DNA of 64,000 nt, taken from the NCBI GenBank assembly GCA_965261545.1, contig CBDHDF010000011.1, forward strand, positions 832,001 through 896,000, given 5' to 3'. This DNA is from Bdellovibrionales bacterium. GTDB lineage: Bacteria > Bdellovibrionota > Bdellovibrionia > Bdellovibrionales > UBA1609. A program made the translations under genes and the position numbers. Below the pieces are notes generated by a model. That model made no database searches. It saw only the letters and a list, made by a program, of their open reading frames with translations, and was not told where the DNA came from. Numbering within the stretch: position 1 is the stretch's first letter; each line of letters starts with the position of its first letter. Positions 62,701 through 64,000 of this stretch are shown here, one piece after another.

Positions 62701-63034
62701 ACCCACGTCCATAAGTCTTTCACATTAAGGCAAAGCTACATGCTTAGTCTATGTTTTATAGGTGACCTATAGACCTCCACAGACAAAGTGCTATAAGTCC
62801 CTCCTCCAGTGATTTAAGTTGCAATTCCTGGAGAAACCAACTTGCGACCGAGGTAGTTTGAGTGACATCTCTCCACACCCACTACCTTAGTGCGAAGAGA
62901 CGTAGCTGAACCGATTAGGCAGCTAGTGCATAGTTGCTATTATCAACTATAGTTTTACCCGTTTTGAAGAGGACCTCGGGTGCCTCTGCATGCTCCTTAA
63001 GCTTCAATACCCATGTCGAATCCATGTCACCCCC
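62679..63034 (-). ncRNA. ssrA: tmRNA
   Basis: 5' GGGGGTGACATGGATTCGAC; 3' GGTTCAATTCCCACCACCTCCACCA; G3.U acceptor pair; tag frame DNSNYALAA-stop. Confidence 0.96.
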
Positions 63035-63285
63035 ATAAAACAAGTCAAAAAAATAATGTCATGTTTTATGTACAACGATATTGATTCCACCCTAAAGATA
63101 ACATAAGCACTTTTATCGTACAACTATAAATACCTGAAATTCCCCAAAGTTATCGAATTGGGTCAAAAATAACGACACCAAGACGCATCACATTAAAATG
63201 CATTGACTCACAATAAAGGTAACTTTGCTCGGTGCGATATTTTTAGGAAATCACCGAATGACTCATAAATATCTTACCCTAGACT

Positions 63286-64000
63286 CAATGCCGTTTCCTT
63301 AAGCCACCACACCCCTCTGCCTCTGCGTTAAGTAAGCTATTTCTTTTAAAAGAACTCCCAGCCCTTTTGATAGACCTTTCATAGCTTCTTTTGAAGTGCC
63401 TCCTCTTCTCCATTGAAATCTTCATCAGCAACTTTATCTGCTTCCTAAATTTCTGATAGAGCCCCGCAACAAAAAGGGGGATGCTATCCATTATGAAATC
63501 AAGAATCAGTTTAAAGTTAGGTTTTTTGTAGTCATTTTTTACCAACTGATTCACACTGTCTTCATCCTCATTTATGCTCATTTGAATCTTTGTATAATTG
63601 AAGAGCCAAAAATAAGAATACAGCTCTTGCAATATTCCATTAAGGCTTGTTGAGTGCCACTGCTCCATTTTCATTGTCGATGTAAAATCACGAAATGTCG
63701 TTTCTATTTCCCAACGACGAGAGTAAAGAGCAACCATATCCTTCTTGTCCAAGGAGCCATGCGGAAGATTAGTGGCCAAAACAGAGAACTCCCCAGTCTT
63801 TGGGTTTTTATACTTATAGAGATGAATGACCACCCCCTCAATAACCATTTGTGAATACCAACCTGGGCCATTAAATAAATTTACGATGGGGATAAAAGTA
63901 GAGCCTCGCTTACAACGCGCAATAAAGAAGTTACTGGCTTGAGCATGGGCCTTAATAATCTCTGTAGATAAATAAAGCCTATCGTAGAGAGTTATGCTAT
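63286..64000 (-). mobile_element. IS4-family element A, right part (continues beyond the window)
   Basis: End CAATGCCGTTTCCTTAAG at 63286; YSRRWEIE motif. Confidence 0.87.

Overview
This window is almost entirely mobile DNA: at least 12 kinds of IS (ISL3, three IS4-type, two IS1634-type, ISNCY, IS256, three IS21-type, IS66, IS110, IS481-like), many nested or reduced to ends. It also holds a broken group II intron, three large serine recombinase (LSR) genes and a tyrosine integrase. The only host genes are a phosphomannomutase/phosphoglucomutase, atpI-atpB-atpE, tRNA-His and tmRNA. A small defence-like cargo (FRG-TPR protein, anti-phage-type dCTP deaminase) lies between tRNA-His and tmRNA. The split atp operon and long-leader AtpE suggest a Bdellovibrionota/deltaproteobacterium-like host in a phase of IS expansion (inference). 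Best leads: (1) two minimal LSR elements whose att sites cut reading frames that rejoin only on the excised circle; one recombinase gains a 105-aa tail, and in the other an accessory gene gains its RBS and ATG. (2) An IS110 element inserted in an IS66 terminal repeat, with a candidate bridge RNA whose loops match that target and its own donor junction. (3) A DUF4338/DruA-like domain fused to an IS4 transposase. (4) IS21 end remnants with an outward promoter kept in front of host genes. (5) A recombination-site-like 19-bp direct repeat around the FRG-TPR gene. All family calls are from motifs read by eye, with no database searches. Near-identical repeats make local misassembly possible, especially where target-site duplications (TSDs) are missing.
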